64,000 nt of DNA. Source: Blasia pusilla. Lineage: Eukaryota. The stretch is taken from the NCBI GenBank assembly GCA_050084515.1, contig CM114271.1:3348001-3412000 (forward strand). The letters run 5' to 3'. The notes under the pieces were generated by a model that did no database searches, was not told the DNA's origin, and saw only the letters and a list, made by a program, of their open reading frames with translations. A program made the position numbers and the translations under genes. This document shows, in pieces, positions 25,650 through 38,873 of this stretch. Every line of letters starts with the position of its first letter. The first letter of the stretch is position 1.

Positions 25650-26480
25650 AAATACTTTTAAGAAGGAAAATCAAGTTTACTTCCTATGAAGACTTCAAAT
25701 GGAGTCTTATCATGGACTCATGTTGTTGGAGTTTAGTTGATTAATAAGATTGCACACACTACAGCCTTTGTTCAATACACCTTAGGCATTTTCTTCTCAT
25801 TCAGCATAGCTAGTGCCGCCTCAACAATATGTAGACTCTTCCTCTCAACCACACCATCTTTTGGTGAGTGTAATGGCAAGTCAATTGACGTTGGATGCCA
25901 TTCTGACGCAAGTGTCATCAAAGTGTGTTGAAAGATATTCTCCTCCTCCATCACAACGCAATTTCAAAATGAGCTCTCCAATCAGCTTCTCTACAAGAAT
26001 TCTAAAGGTTTGGAACATTGACAATACCTCTCACTTGGCTTTCAAAAAGTATACCCATATACACCTAAAGAAGTCATCAATAAATGAAACATAGTATTGA
26101 CAACCGCTAAGTCTATGTTGTGATCTTGTCCACATATCACTATGAATCAACTCCAAAATCTTGGATGCTCTTCTACCTTGATTTGGAAATGGAAATCTAT
26201 TTTATTTTCCAAATTGACAAGTAGGACATACCTCTAACGTAGCACGACTTGCTAATTTAGGAAGTCATATTACTAGATTAGATGATGAAAAACTCTGTAA
26301 TCTTTGAAGATTCATATGTCCAATTCTCTTATGCTACGCATTTAGATACGTGACTTGTTGGCCAATTTGACCATACATTGTGGTTTGGATCTCTAGCATA
26401 GAAACATCTAATTTGAACATTCTGCTAGTTTCTTTAGCTATCGTAATTTGATCTCTATCTTTCCTGTACTTAAAATCAAG
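25650..26480 (-). pseudogene. Ty1/Copia GAG-pre-integrase and integrase fragment
   Basis: HKRIGHMN...CPTCQFGK...LELIHSD, SFIDDF, LRCDGGGEY, SPKDGVVERK...MLNEKKMPK. Confidence 0.85.
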
Positions 26481-27506
26481 CCCTTCGATACCCGATCACA
26501 CCAAGAGACACGTTTTGCTATGCACTGATCTGTCTTTGCTTACAGACATTGAAATAAGACCAAAATGCAAGTTTCAATTGCAATCAATTTGTCTCAAATC
26601 CAGACACCTTGGTCCTTCCATCAAAGAAGATTTTGAATGGTATGAAATCCTAGGTACCCAACTACGGCATACTCCATAGCACATGTTATCTTGTTCATGT
26701 GCCCATCAACCCTGACCCATATTAACTACTATGAATTTCTTTGGTCACTTTCGTGTTGCTCCAAAGACTTTGCAACCTTGAAACATCTACTACTATTTTC
26801 TGTGGCATTGTCACTTTCTCCACACATAGTGCGAGTACAACAAGGGAGCCAACTCTAGGCTACTATGCAACCACGAACGAGACATGTAGCTGAAAAATTT
26901 ATGTTCCATTAACATAATTCACCAAGCTTGTAATAACCCTAATCTCCTTGTCACCTCTGCGACACATCCTAACCAATGTGGCTCTCACCTGTAGGGATAA
27001 TGTCCACGACTTCGGGCCTCCATACCCTTGCACCATACTTGATCAGGTAGGGCTACTTCCTCTAATTAGTGTGAATTGTGAATACATATTTTAATACAAC
27101 CTCTATCTACCTACCTAGTGGGTAGCTTGATACCACAAGGAGACAAGATAAATCAAACTCTTCACCACTATGGTTATGATAGTGAACAGCAAGCATGTCC
27201 GGATCAGGAAACTTATGAACAAACCTAGGTTGAAAGCTTGCAGACTTCGTGCTGTAGCTAGGATAGCTGATAAGCACAAACTAGCACAATATCCTTTAAG
27301 TAGGATATGACCGGTTATCTCTTTCATCCTACCTAGTTGGAAAACCCAGTGCTCTCTTCTCATAAAGCAGATTGAGATGCTATCGTTACTGCGACATTGT
27401 CTCATATAGCAATGGTGAACTAAGGATGACCACAACCACTACACAAACGCTCTCACCCTATGGCCTCTATAATGCGTATATGTTGCAATATATAATGCCC
27501 TCTCCT

Positions 27507-27568
27507 TTATCTACATAGTGCTGGAAAATATAAAATCTATTTTATATTTTCCAGCACTATGTAGATAA
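27507..27568. repeat. Perfect 30-bp inverted repeat with 2-nt loop
   Basis: TTATCTACATAGTGCTGGAAAATATAAAAT-CT-ATTTTATATTTTCCAGCACTATGTAGATAA. Confidence 0.95.
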
Positions 27569-27611
27569 TGGACCGTGCACAAGATACAATGTTTATACGA
27601 CCCCTGCTTAT

Positions 27612-30520
27612 ATGCGTGATGTTTTAGCTGCCAACCCGATTCACCTCCAACTTCTTTCCCTTGTTGACTCGAGAGTGGGTATTGAAAAAAAATACAACGG
27701 CTTTCCTTGGGGGTTTTTTCAGGTTACCTCACTTATTGATTTTCCACTAGTTGCATGCAGCAATGACCAAACTATTGACAACAATGCAGATTATATCTAC
27801 AGCCAAGTCAAGAACGTCTTGATGGTTAACTTACATCTTAACGAGCTTTATTCACAATACACGCCATTAATACAACTACCCAATCCCACTTGTGGTCTAT
27901 TGGTTCTCCCCTCATCCTCTGTGGAGCAGATTATTAGGTCATCCCAAGAAAAGAGCCAGCCAACGAATAGTATGGAAAGTGATCCTTACCAAGTAGAGCT
28001 CAAAATTCTCTAGGATGTCTAGTACTCCCTTCCTATTAAAAGAAAGCCATCCTACAACATTTTCCATAATCCTCTATTTTTCTCAAGGAAAATGCACACT
28101 CAAGAGATCACTTTCTTAGTGATAGTAATGGTATCTTACCGGATTCTAGACTCACTATTGAAATAGGAATATTCCCTTTTATATTCCCATACCTCAGAGG
28201 TTACTTTTCGATCACGAAAACATTTACAGAGTATATGAGATGTCGCATTAGACAACTGTTGAGTGTCGTCACTCTATACAAACCGTATTTGCTTCTTAAA
28301 CACCAACTAAGGCAGTCTATTATTCTTGCATCCTCTTCACGCACATCTATATTATTATGGGAGAATGCCCTTATAAGAGGTGTCACGTCTCCTCATGATA
28401 CATGCTTTTTTGGGACCAATAACATTCTTCCTCTTAATTCATATTCTTCCTCCTACTAGTTACAAGTGCTCTACTCCCGAGTATGGAGTCGGCTACCTTT
28501 TTTCACCCGTGAGAAGCACAAGCACTGTCTAGTGTATATTAAACGAGGAACTTGAGCAATTGAGGTGAAGGCAACTTGACCTCACCGATGAGGATTTATA
28601 CTCTCAACTATCCAAATATAGCTTCAATGCTCATATTCCTAGCACTCCATCGTGGCATCGCCAACACCTTCCTGACCTTAAGGCCATGGTCCAAAAGTGG
28701 GGCATGCCAGACCTTTTCTTAACACTTACATCGGATGAGGTCTCTGATACAAAGTGGCTTGAGGTGTTGGACATTGAACACCTTGTACGGAAGTTTAACC
28801 CCGCCTATTCATGGAGAGATGCACTTGTTGAGTGAGTTGTTTTGTTTCATACTCGACTTAAGATGTTCTTTTGTAACTATATCCTTGGTGGTCCCCAGAT
28901 CCTTTGTTGCGTAGAAAGTTACCTTATCAATTATGAATTATTGAATACGGACTGCCTGCACTCTCATATTATACAAGGGATAAACAAGGATGACATTGAC
29001 ACCGTCACTAATGAAATATGTTGTTATATACCCTCTCCACTAATGCAACTATCAACACAAAAAGTCTCCCCTGATGAGACGGCCCAGTTGCATCACCTGG
29101 TTCAACCAAGTAGTTGCATACATGTAAGCAAGGCATATGTATTGTCCCCAGGACCCTTGACCATCCTCCCTATTGTCAAATGGGGTTCCCTGCTCCCGCT
29201 AGTTATCAATTAAGGCCACCAATAGATCCAGCCACACTAAAATGGGTGTACTATAGGCCTAGGGCAACTTATCGCAATGTAATACCATATCACTTAGCTA
29301 GTCTGCTCTTGTGGGGGGCATATATGAAGTTGCGAAGAGTCACGAATGTCCAATGGTCCTTCTACCTCCTTAAGTATGCTCTCAAATCATAACCATAGGG
29401 TTCCCTAAATATTACTACTAAGTGCGCCAGATACTTTGGCCTTGACAATCTCGACGAGGTCTGGGTGAAGTTGATATCTGGTTTAGTTTTAAACAGGTCT
29501 GTGTTATCTACTAAGGCAACACTAACAACCCTCAAGATACCCATCATTCATAGATTTGAAGATGTTCAATATATGGAATCAAACCCACCACATCGAAGTA
29601 TTGTGCTTTACAAGAATTGTAAAACAATTTGTGTTCATCCAGCTATACTTTACGACCATCGTCCAGATTGTCTGTCTGATCTGACATTTATTCAATTTTG
29701 GACCAGCTACGAAGTAATTTCATTAGAGACAAAACAAAGCAAAAATCTTGTGGGCCTTGATTGTATTAGGAACTTAGTGTATAAAACCAACCGTGTTGTT
29801 AGGTTTATTGAACATCATCCCCTCAATCAGTGGAATAAGTTCTTCTTCACTACCTTGTTGTCTAATGTTCTTTTCAGATCTGAAGCAGATCTCCTAATTG
29901 TTTCTTCTCCTGATTGGACTTATCTACATGAGTACGTATATAGGAAAAATATTCATGGATATCTCATGCATTGTATAAGAAACTAGAAAACACACCGTAG
30001 CAAATCTCTAGAGCAAGGTACACACTGCACAAATTGTAACAAAGGTATTGGAGGTTGTTTCTCCACATCTTCAGTCCAATTTGTCCCCTCCCACCCATGC
30101 TACAAGTTAGGTTAACTGATATGATATATGTGATGCTAGTGATGTTGTGGGTGAGACTTCCCCTGCACCTCATATCCTAAACTCAGAGCATCTAGATTTG
30201 TATACTCAGCTGAAGCAAATCACATCAAGCTTAGTTCTGCTTATAGGCCCACCACGGTGTGGTAAGACATTTTTCATCCACTTTATGCATGCCTATTGGG
30301 AAATGAAAGTTGGCAATTGTTTACCTTAATGATGACACTCGGGTCATTTGTTCATATCGATCAGATGTAAGTGTATTCAATATTATTGTACTTCAACAAC
30401 TATACTCCTTGTTCATGTTACAATAGACGCACCAAGTGAACCACAAATTCTTCAATGGATACAAGATAGTGACTTTTACCAATTACAATTCCCCGCAAAT
30501 GGTTGTCAGGTTATGCTCAA
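27612..30520 (+). pseudogene. Helitron RepHel, 5' part (HUH Rep and helicase N-terminus)
   Basis: WGMPDLFLTLT (Rep motif 1, ~28700), YE...LHSHII (HUH), FYLLKYALK (YxxKY-like), Walker A LLIGPPRCGKT (~30240), GCQVML (Pif1-like) at the insertion point. The 5' limit is uncertain. Confidence 0.8.
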
Positions 30521-30659
30521 TGTCGTGCGCATACATATCGCTACACAATATACATCGCTCGTCACATCTACACCACACAACACCGATCTTCCCCACACAC
30601 GGGTCGATCCACACATGTACAAAAATCAACTCATACATATACATGGATATCACACAACC

Positions 30660-31274
30660 AAAAATAACGAGTAGTAAAAACGGCACACCCGGCCTAAAAC
30701 TCCACTCCTCAATCTACATTGGCATATCGAGCCTCGTCCACCCTGTGCTATCAAGGAATCCGGACGCTAGCACCCTAGTCCTAGCTCACACACATACAAG
30801 GGAGGTGCTCCAACGGCCCAACATGAGAAAGATGGCTTAGGAAAGCCATCTTCCTCTCTTATATAGGGTTGGGAAGAGCCAAAAGGCTCTTCCCCTAAAA
30901 TAGCCCTTCCCTTGGTAACCTCGCAACAGGTTACAGGGGTGGGTGAAGTCAACAAGTCACCCGGGCCGTGAAAGACCTCAACATGAAAGTCGTCAGAAAG
31001 GACGTTTCTGACACAATGGACCTATCCTCAACCTCATCCAACATTGTGGGACAAAGTTACACTCAAGATAGTCCGCTGGCTCTTACGCCCTATCCACGAT
31101 AGATCTCAGCCTATCGGCTACTCAGATGTGATGGTATGCGTCTTATGCATACATATCGCTACACAACATACATTGCTCGTCACATCTACACCACACAACA
31201 CCGATCTTCCCCACACACGGGTCGATCCACACATGTACAAAAATCAACTCATACATATTCATGGAGATCACACA
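30660..31274 (-). repeat. 3' LTR (~615 bp), followed by an extra U3-start copy at 30521-30659
   Basis: On the minus strand, PPT AGCTAGGGGGGCGGT (31289-31275) then TGTGTGA. 30660-30965 repeats 39996-40308; 30529-30659 repeats 31147-31277. Confidence 0.8.
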
Positions 31275-31356
31275 ACCGCCCCCCTAGCTGGCAGTTGGAT
31301 CCCCCTAACTCCACATAAAAAATATCACAACTCTCTGACATGACCTACTACCCTAT

Positions 31357-31500
31357 ACACATCTCGGACACATCCATTGTCTTGTGGGAACCACATCAAG
31401 AGGGGGGGTCAGATGACATATGCCACCCTCGAGAACAACCATCACATACCAACATGGTGGCTGCACCCCTCGCAGATCCGCACAACATACACCTCAAGCC
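31357..31500 (-). pseudogene. PHD finger at the integrase C-terminus
   Basis: CMLCGSARGAATMLVCDGCSRGWHMS[fs]LTPPLDVVPTRQWMCPRCV* fits C4HC3, with one frameshift at the fifth Cys. Confidence 0.9.
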
Positions 31501-32700
31501 TCCAGGTACCACTGCCAAGCTCGGATCCACCGTCCCATCTACGTCGGAAGATGACATGGCGCACAATTGCGCACATGATCCTTCCAAACCATACCATCCC
31601 GCCCCTCCAACATGAGGACTCGGTCGGTAATACCTCGCACATGTAGGATCGGCGCCTGATGACATCTAGCGTCGTGGGTGCTCTGTAAATACACGTAATC
31701 TCCAGGATGAAACCTCCTAATCCTCGGACGCGATAACCTCCTCCACGAAGGGTCGCACCTCAATGTATCTCTATGTTGGGCAATAGCTAAGTTCTCAAAG
31801 GCCATAGGCATAACTCTCTGAAAAACTTCTGCCCTTTGAGAACATGCTTGCACCCACACATCCGGATCATCAAGATCTAACACCTCCGCCATGCCACGTC
31901 AAATTGCTGCAGGTAAATCGGCTCTCTCCCAAAGAGCAAAAACGGTGAAAATGACGCCAAGGATGCTGCCGACTAAGCGATAACCCATAGCCAACCATGG
32001 CAATCAGAGGTCCCACTCCTCAATCGTCCCCGCGCAAGCCATACTTGCACAATTCTCTCTTCACCGTCTGTACCACTCTCTCGCTAATCCATCCGCCAGG
32101 ATGATCCTGGGCGTGGTGCGGTGATCTATCGCGCCTTTGATCACACAAGGCCTGAAACTCTCCCTCGAACTCGGTACCTTGGTCGACCAACACCTCCGCC
32201 GGTGCACCAAAGTGACTAAGCACACGATCTAGAAACGCATAATTTGTTCCCTTGCTCGCTTTGTCTCGGTAGTGCCACCAACTCTATCCACTTGGAGAAA
32301 TGCTCCACCATGACCAACACGTACCTATGATGATGACTGTCAATGGCAAAGGTCCATAAAGTCTAAACTCCACGGATAACCTAAACCCATAATCGGCAAA
32401 GGATGTAATGTGGAGTGGGAGCATTGAAGGATGCTCGCACTCTGTCACAACAAATCATTGACCCAAGTATGCATGCCGCGCCACCAATACTGAACTGGAG
32501 TAAGTTGTGAGTACGCTTTACTCGAAATGTCCCAACTCCTCATGGGCATGTCGACTACACGTGCTCGCTGGGAAGGATGAGGTACCACTCGTATCCTACC
32601 ATCTCCCCATACCCCAAAATGTGAGTCCCCTCCCACCGAACCTCTTGGCTCTCTCAGAGGATCCGATCCCGCCCCTAGCACTCATCACTGCAATGACGCC
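31500..32700 (-). pseudogene. DDE integrase
   Basis: YWWRGM, EHFSKWIE, LSHFGAPAEVLVDQGTEF, ERVVQTVKR, F.PGDYVYL; frameshifted. Confidence 0.88.
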
Positions 32701-32899
32701 GGCGCAAGAACTCCACAACCTCCACGTCATCATGGATATTGCCGCCTCCTCACCGACCTCGGATCCAAAGACTCATCATCCAACCCCACCACCGAGTCAT
32801 CACCGTGCGGGTCGACCGCCATAGTTAACCAACAAAGATAGGCGGATGCATGCCAACGGGCACCATCTCCTCATCACTCTCTCCGTGCCATCAAGCTCT

Positions 32900-34170
32900 G
32901 TGTCGTCTCGACTCGGACATGGGTTACGACTCAACCTATCCGCATCCTGGTTCAGCCAACCTGGCCTATGAACCACCTCAAACTCATACTCCTGTAGTAA
33001 TAGAGCCCACCTGGCAAGCTTTCCCGTAAGCTTGTCGGACTCCATCAACCACCTCAACGGCTGATGATCAGTGATAAGTGTGAAAGGGTTGCCAAATAAA
33101 TAGCACCTAAAATGTGCCACGGCCCATACCGCAGACCAAGCACTCTCCTCCTAGGAGTCAGATTGCCTGCCTCTGCAATGTTGTTCGATCGGCTCGCGTA
33201 AGCCACAACGAACTCCCTCTCCTCGTCATCCCTATGAGTAAGCACTGCTCTTAGACCCAACATGCTCCAACCCGTATGTAACTGGAATGGGCGACCCCTA
33301 ACCGGTCTCTGTAAAATGGGTGAGGACGTCAACTTGTCCTTGAGCTCCTGAAATGCTCGCTCCTGATCATCTCCCCACAACCACACCTAATCAAGTCTCA
33401 TCAACAAGGTCAAAGACTTTGCGATCGCACTAAAACCCTTGACATACCGTCGATAGAAGTTCGCCAGTCCAAGAAATGCTCGGACTCCACTCACATCTGT
33501 AGGGCGTGGAATCTGCGCAATAGCCTCTACCTTTGTCTGCTGAACGCCTAACCCACTCGAGTATATGGTGTGTCCCAAGTACTCAATTTGCTCTGAAAGA
33601 ATGCACTTGCTGGATGTAAAGTCCATGTAATCGCAATCGCCGAAACACCTCCTCCAAGTGTCGCTCATGCTCCTCAACCGTGGAATCAAGATAAGAATAT
33701 CATCTATGTATCATCGTACAAAATCCAAGCCAGCCAGTAATCCTATCCATCACTGAAACTCGCAGCGTTCTTCAACCCAAATGGTAAGAACCGCCATCGA
33801 TACAAGCAATCTCTCCCAAACCGATCTATCCCCTAGAATGTTGTCTTCTCCTGTCCTCCAACTCGATAGGAAGTCGATGATAGCCAAAGACGGAGATCTA
33901 AAATCAAGATCTTTGCATGCCCTACCGCATCAAAGATCTCCTCAGAGTAGGCATGGCATACCGATCGACCTCGTTTGTCGATTGATAGGAAGGTAAAGAT
34001 CGGCGTATCACTAGCCAACTCAATCCGTATCCCGGGACCCTTCAGCGCACCCAAGTCTCTCATCATCAAGGCAAAACAACCGACATGCCCTCTCGAGAAA
34101 CCTATGAACTGTCGCTCTCCTCCTATCAACTTGAGACCTATCACAGGCTCCCAAGTCTCCATCGTGACCT
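32900..34170 (-). pseudogene. Reverse transcriptase and RNase H
   Basis: PFGLKNA, YIDDI, IEYLGHTI, VRAFLGLANFYRRYVKGF, PFQLHT.WS, VVAYASRS, FTLITDHQPLRWL, LARWALLLQEY. Confidence 0.92.
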
Positions 34171-34464
34171 TGAGAGGCGCAACCTCCGGCTTTGGTTGCT
34201 ATGTAGCAACCCTAGCCACCTCAATACAACCACTCCACTTTGACCTCCTACACCATGCTCCACATCTGAAAAATGAACATGTGCTATTCTAGCCGCCTTT
34301 GCACTCTCTGCTCGAACACGCCCCAGAAGTCCATGGGTGCCTATCTCTCCTCGTCTCGCCCCACCAATGCTCTGACAGACCCATGAGGCGTGGTCCAACT
34401 CGTGGGGCGTGACGGCATGGATGACACTCGCATCCGTCTACCTTTCCACCATACCTAGGTGACT

Positions 34465-36390
34465 ATCCATGTGAGACATTGAGGTCCATGCCCCAAAACT
34501 CTCTCGGGATGCCTCGGTCATCCTGGCACCGCCAATACCGGTAGTGAACCCATGGCGCACTCTCGCTCATCTGGTGTAGGCTCCTCCAATACTCCGGTCA
34601 CCTCATCCCAAATCATGCCTGGCCTCACGACAAAAGGCATGGGATGCCGGGAAGCTCACCAACGAGGTAAGGCTGCCCTCAACTCCCCACCCTATTGGCC
34701 GTGGCCACGGTGGTCTATCATCGCATGTCACCACCGAGATCGACGCCGTGAGTCCAAAATAGCATCCACCGTGAGATGTGGTGCTCTCGACTCCACGTAG
34801 GTGGACTCGGTACCTCGATGGTATCAGGTTCGGCCCACTACGATGCGTGGGCGATGGCACGTGTCGGCGCCTACTCTCCTTGAACGTTAATCTTGTTTGT
34901 TGCGAAGCGTGCGTTCGATGAGGTCACGCTCTCAACGCTGATGCATCCAAACACGCACGGTTCGTTAGTCGGGTCTTGGATCAATCAGCGGGATTACTTT
35001 CCGAGTTCTCGTCTCGGACTCTCTCTTCAAGCTCAACCTTCCTAGTTTCGCGGTTTCCAACACGGGCAAGTCTCGAAAGAGACTTTCTCGTCGGTTGAGG
35101 AACTGAAAACGGCGTTCGCCTAGCGGTTCCAATCGTCCGATGAACATCCAATGAGTTCCTCACCAAGACTCGCACAAAGTGAATCTGGTTGGAATCCAGG
35201 GTGGCGACAAAGTCCACTCCCTTGGATCAGGTTTGGGTTTGGGTTTCGCGCCAAACTCCCGTTTCATCCCGTGCCTCAAACGCCGTTTGGCGCCCAAAGT
35301 GGGGTTTCGTTTCGAGACATCTCAGAGAAGGTACTCCTTACTAGTACTTCTGGGGATCTCCGGGGCCCCCTACATTTAGGGAAAGACACCGGGCCCCTCC
35401 ATTGGCCCTCAACCCGATTGCTCTCTGAATCGTTTTCGGCCAATATCTCAGCCTGTACTTATGCATTTGCTGAGATCGTTGGTGCGTTGGAAGCGTCTCA
35501 AGATCAGCTTTCCAACGCGCCCTTTGTCCCGAACGCATCTCGGAGCTCAACGTTATGGTCCTAAACACAGTCAGATTCTCCCAAACGCTAGTCATGTTCC
35601 AAACTGGTTCTCACCTCTTTGGCAACCAACCTCCAAGACTCAACTCATCTCAAGTCTCGGCTCGCGTTTGGTCTAGGTTTCCTGGTCGCGACCACTAACG
35701 CATGAAACGCACAACTCTGTTCCGCGTTTCGTCTCTTAGACTTTTCCAAGAGACTCTACCAAACGCCTCTCCAAAGCGCAAACCTCGCGGCGTGAGTTCC
35801 TTTGAGTTCTGATGTTTCGCTTGGCGCGTATTTGGTGTTGTTTGGTTATGAGGGTCGCGACAGCACTTGACCCAACTCTCGCTGCATCTAACAACACAGC
35901 CGGTCCCAACCAGGACTTCACCTGATGTACACTCGTCATCACACGTGCATGAGTATCTCCCAACAACGGCACGTTCTCCAAAATGTACGCTGGAGAACAT
36001 ATCTGACTGTGCTACAAGTGTCGTACTACTCGCAACATCTCCCGAAACATCCCCTGACCTCGGATCCGCAATCCAAATCCTCGGCCGGTGATGAATGATC
36101 CGACATGGCCATCCAAAGCAATCACCAAATGAATGGTGCCAACTCTATCAGATCTCGCGCCCCACCAAAGATATGTTGGCGGGTGGCGTATGCCGGTATC
36201 CCCATCATCGCAGATACCGACAAAACTCAGGATACCCTGGACCAATCTCGCCACGTGGCGTAATGATACTCGCCGACGGTCTCATCTCTCCACATTGATG
36301 CACCCGTCGCCTTTTTGCAATATGGCGCCAATCCGGTGCTAATCCCTCGAAGAGATCTAACACCCTAACACCCTCCTCAGGCACCGCCAT
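34465..36390 (-). pseudogene. DNMT3-like C5-cytosine methyltransferase domain within pol, interrupted by a solo LTR
   Basis: Motif I VRVLDLF(G)GISTGL (~36340-36370); motif IV IHLVIA..GWPC (36103-36114); motif VI YILENV (~35970-35987); motif VIII LDAARVGS(R)AHRPR...NL split by the insertion; IX-X EEPTPDERE.AMG...RVLG..MDLN. Confidence 0.88.
34862..35862. mobile_element. Solo LTR (1001 bp) with 5-bp TSD
   Basis: TGTCG...CGACA termini; flanks GCACG / GCACT; the DNMT motif VIII sequence continues on both sides. Confidence 0.8.
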
Positions 36391-36749
36391 ACAACAGTGT
36401 GGTATCTAGTGGGGTCATCGTCTCCACTCCAAGAGCCCGATCGCCACGTGACTCGTTGCTCGGGATAAACACATGACTCCACGCCGCCTCACGAGGTCGC
36501 CGGCACTCCTCTGAGCTCTCGAGTCGTACCCCACAATGGTGAAGAGGCATCGCTAACATGGGAAGAGACACCCGCCATGGCTGTTGTCTCTCCGTGGGAG
36601 TGTCCGCTCTTTGGGACATCCTCCGCATGTGTGTTCCCCTCAACAACTCTCCTGGCCGCTAACACTACCGTGAAAGCGCGCAACGTGGTCACGCCTCGTG
36701 ATCGACCACCTCGCCCCAAATCGACGGGGTAATCGCTCATCCGACCGTC

Positions 36750-37150
36750 ACCTAACCGCCATCCTGGCCGATAAGCAACGGTCTCTCCCGAGAAGTCAGG
36801 ATGAATCCTAGGGGATATAACATCACTCCCCACCAACACATCGACGACTCAGGTGTCGTAATCACACGTAGCGCACATCATAGCACTATCCGTCGATGCT
36901 CTGGCTGGACTCGAGAACAATCTCGTCGAAGTCATATATCGAGTGGGTGATACGCCCAATCGAGGTCTCAGATCTGGAAGGACAAGGCTCAATGTCAGCC
37001 TTCCGTAACCCTAACGCTAAACACGCCGCTTCCCTAACATCAAGGGTTGCGCCCCGAATCAAGTAGGACGCGTTATGGTGGTATATCTTGTCCCCTTCGG
37101 ACTAACCAAGCGAAATACTCCGGCTCGGTTATCCAAAGAACACTACTCCA
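36750..37150 (-). pseudogene. Retroviral-type aspartic protease
   Basis: RVLLDSG(A)QPLMLGK at ~37035-37070 and DVLVGSDV flap motif at ~36840. Confidence 0.8.
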
Positions 37151-37649
37151 TGTGTCACCATCGCCGCTCTATGGCGGTTGAGTGGCATATCTACCAACTT
37201 TGCCGCCGCATGCCATGACTCTGGGGAACGCCCCAAGCACCGGCTCTAAGGGCAAGTCCATGACCTCCTCAACTACCTCTCGAACAAGAAGGTCATCTCT
37301 CCACGCTCACACAACGTTGCCAACCGAACACCTCGGCCAGTCACCACTCTGTTGCCTCAGCCTCAACCCATATTGGAGAGATCCTCACCCGGTCGGGGTA
37401 AGAGGTAGAGATTGAGTCACACTAGCGCCGCAGCCTGCCTTCCCTAAGCCGCATCATCATCATGGCGCAATCCCTGCTCCAACCGATCGATGCGTGAGAG
37501 AAAGCGCGGCTTTGTGCTCTGCTCCATCTCCCTCTCGCTGGTGGTGGTCCTCTACCACCACGTCGGGAAGAACTCCCGACCTCCTCGGGGACGGCCGCCC
37601 CAGGCCTCGGCCTACCACCGACGTGCCCCTCGGCGAAGGTCAAAACATC

Positions 37650-38873
37650 TATCCCTAGTGTGACCATATCTGCGGGCAATGGTCACACTGGTGCCGTGGT
37701 GGGGCCATCCTCTCCTGGGCTCTGCGCAATTGGAGGCGCTGTGGTCTTCTCCCATCTTGTGGGCGATCTCTCTGCCTATGGGCCCCTCCACACGCCCAAC
37801 AAGACCACATTGGTCCTGCGGGCAACATATGTAGCGGTCGTTGCCTCATAGGCTCACGGTACCCGCCCGCTCTTTCTAGGCACACAGCCCGCTCTCCGGT
37901 ATCGGTGCTCGTTTAGGCACTGTGGGGTCACCGCCGTGGACCCGTCGACTCTCGAGAAAATCCAGCGGTCACTACCGCTCCTCACTCATGTTGAGCTCAA
38001 TATGCTCAGACAACTCAAAGACCACCTTCAATGTGGGCTTGGGCCATTTGTGTGAATCAAAGACCGCATCTCGGACTCTTCTCTGTAGTTCTCGGTCCGT
38101 AACCCCAGACCAATCTTTGGATCGCGCCTCGATCACTCCAAACATAGCAATGATCAGCCTCCTCATGCGTGTGAATGCCTCTCTCGACTCTCACCCGATC
38201 GCCGCTGAAAATCTGAGACTCTTCAGCTTGTCGGGACGCTGGTAGTTCTTCCCCAAGCTGCCGGAAGAACTCCTTTGTGGGCTGAAGCCGGGTGGCCCTC
38301 TACCACCAAAGGTCTCTCGCCACATCGCTTTGTCTCACCGCCCTCCTCTCCATCTAGTCTCCGGGTTGATGGTGTGGGTCTCTCTCCTCTCACAATCCCA
38401 TCATATGCCTCGCGACCACTAGTGGACACATACCCGGAGCCAAGTACATCCTCCAGGCATCGATCTCTCTGAATATAGTGATCGAAACTCCATGTAGTCA
38501 TCCATCGGAGGACCCTCCAAATGTTGGAACAACCCCTTCCATGCCATGAAAGGGTTGAACGTGTCGGGTCCGTATCTCCGGAAGTCGCACAATGTGTCGA
38601 ACTCTGGATGAAATCATCTAAGTCGATGGTGCCCACTGCACCTGAGAAACGACGAATGCCCGGATGGCCCATGTCGTCCATCTCCTGCCAAGTACTACTC
38701 TCTCTGTCGGTGATCTCGTCACAAGACCCACTATCCAGTGATGACGATCCAATCACGGATGGATGTCGAGGGAGCTCCTCACTGGTAACCCCTCGGTATC
38801 TCACTCCACTCCGTGTCAAACCTCTACCACGACTACCCCGTTCTTCCGAACCCGAAGAACGCCGTGATGACAA
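37650..38873 (-). pseudogene. gag with zinc knuckles
   Basis: MSSRRSSG...LTRSGVRY start; CWACGGAH...D.P and CDHC...H knuckles at ~37650-37800. Confidence 0.75.

Noticed and set aside
34465-36390. Bacterial restriction-modification gene, contamination, or host DNMT3 gene
   Set aside because: It is intronless, colinear within Gypsy pol between PR and RT, and contiguous with a eukaryotic spliced gene.
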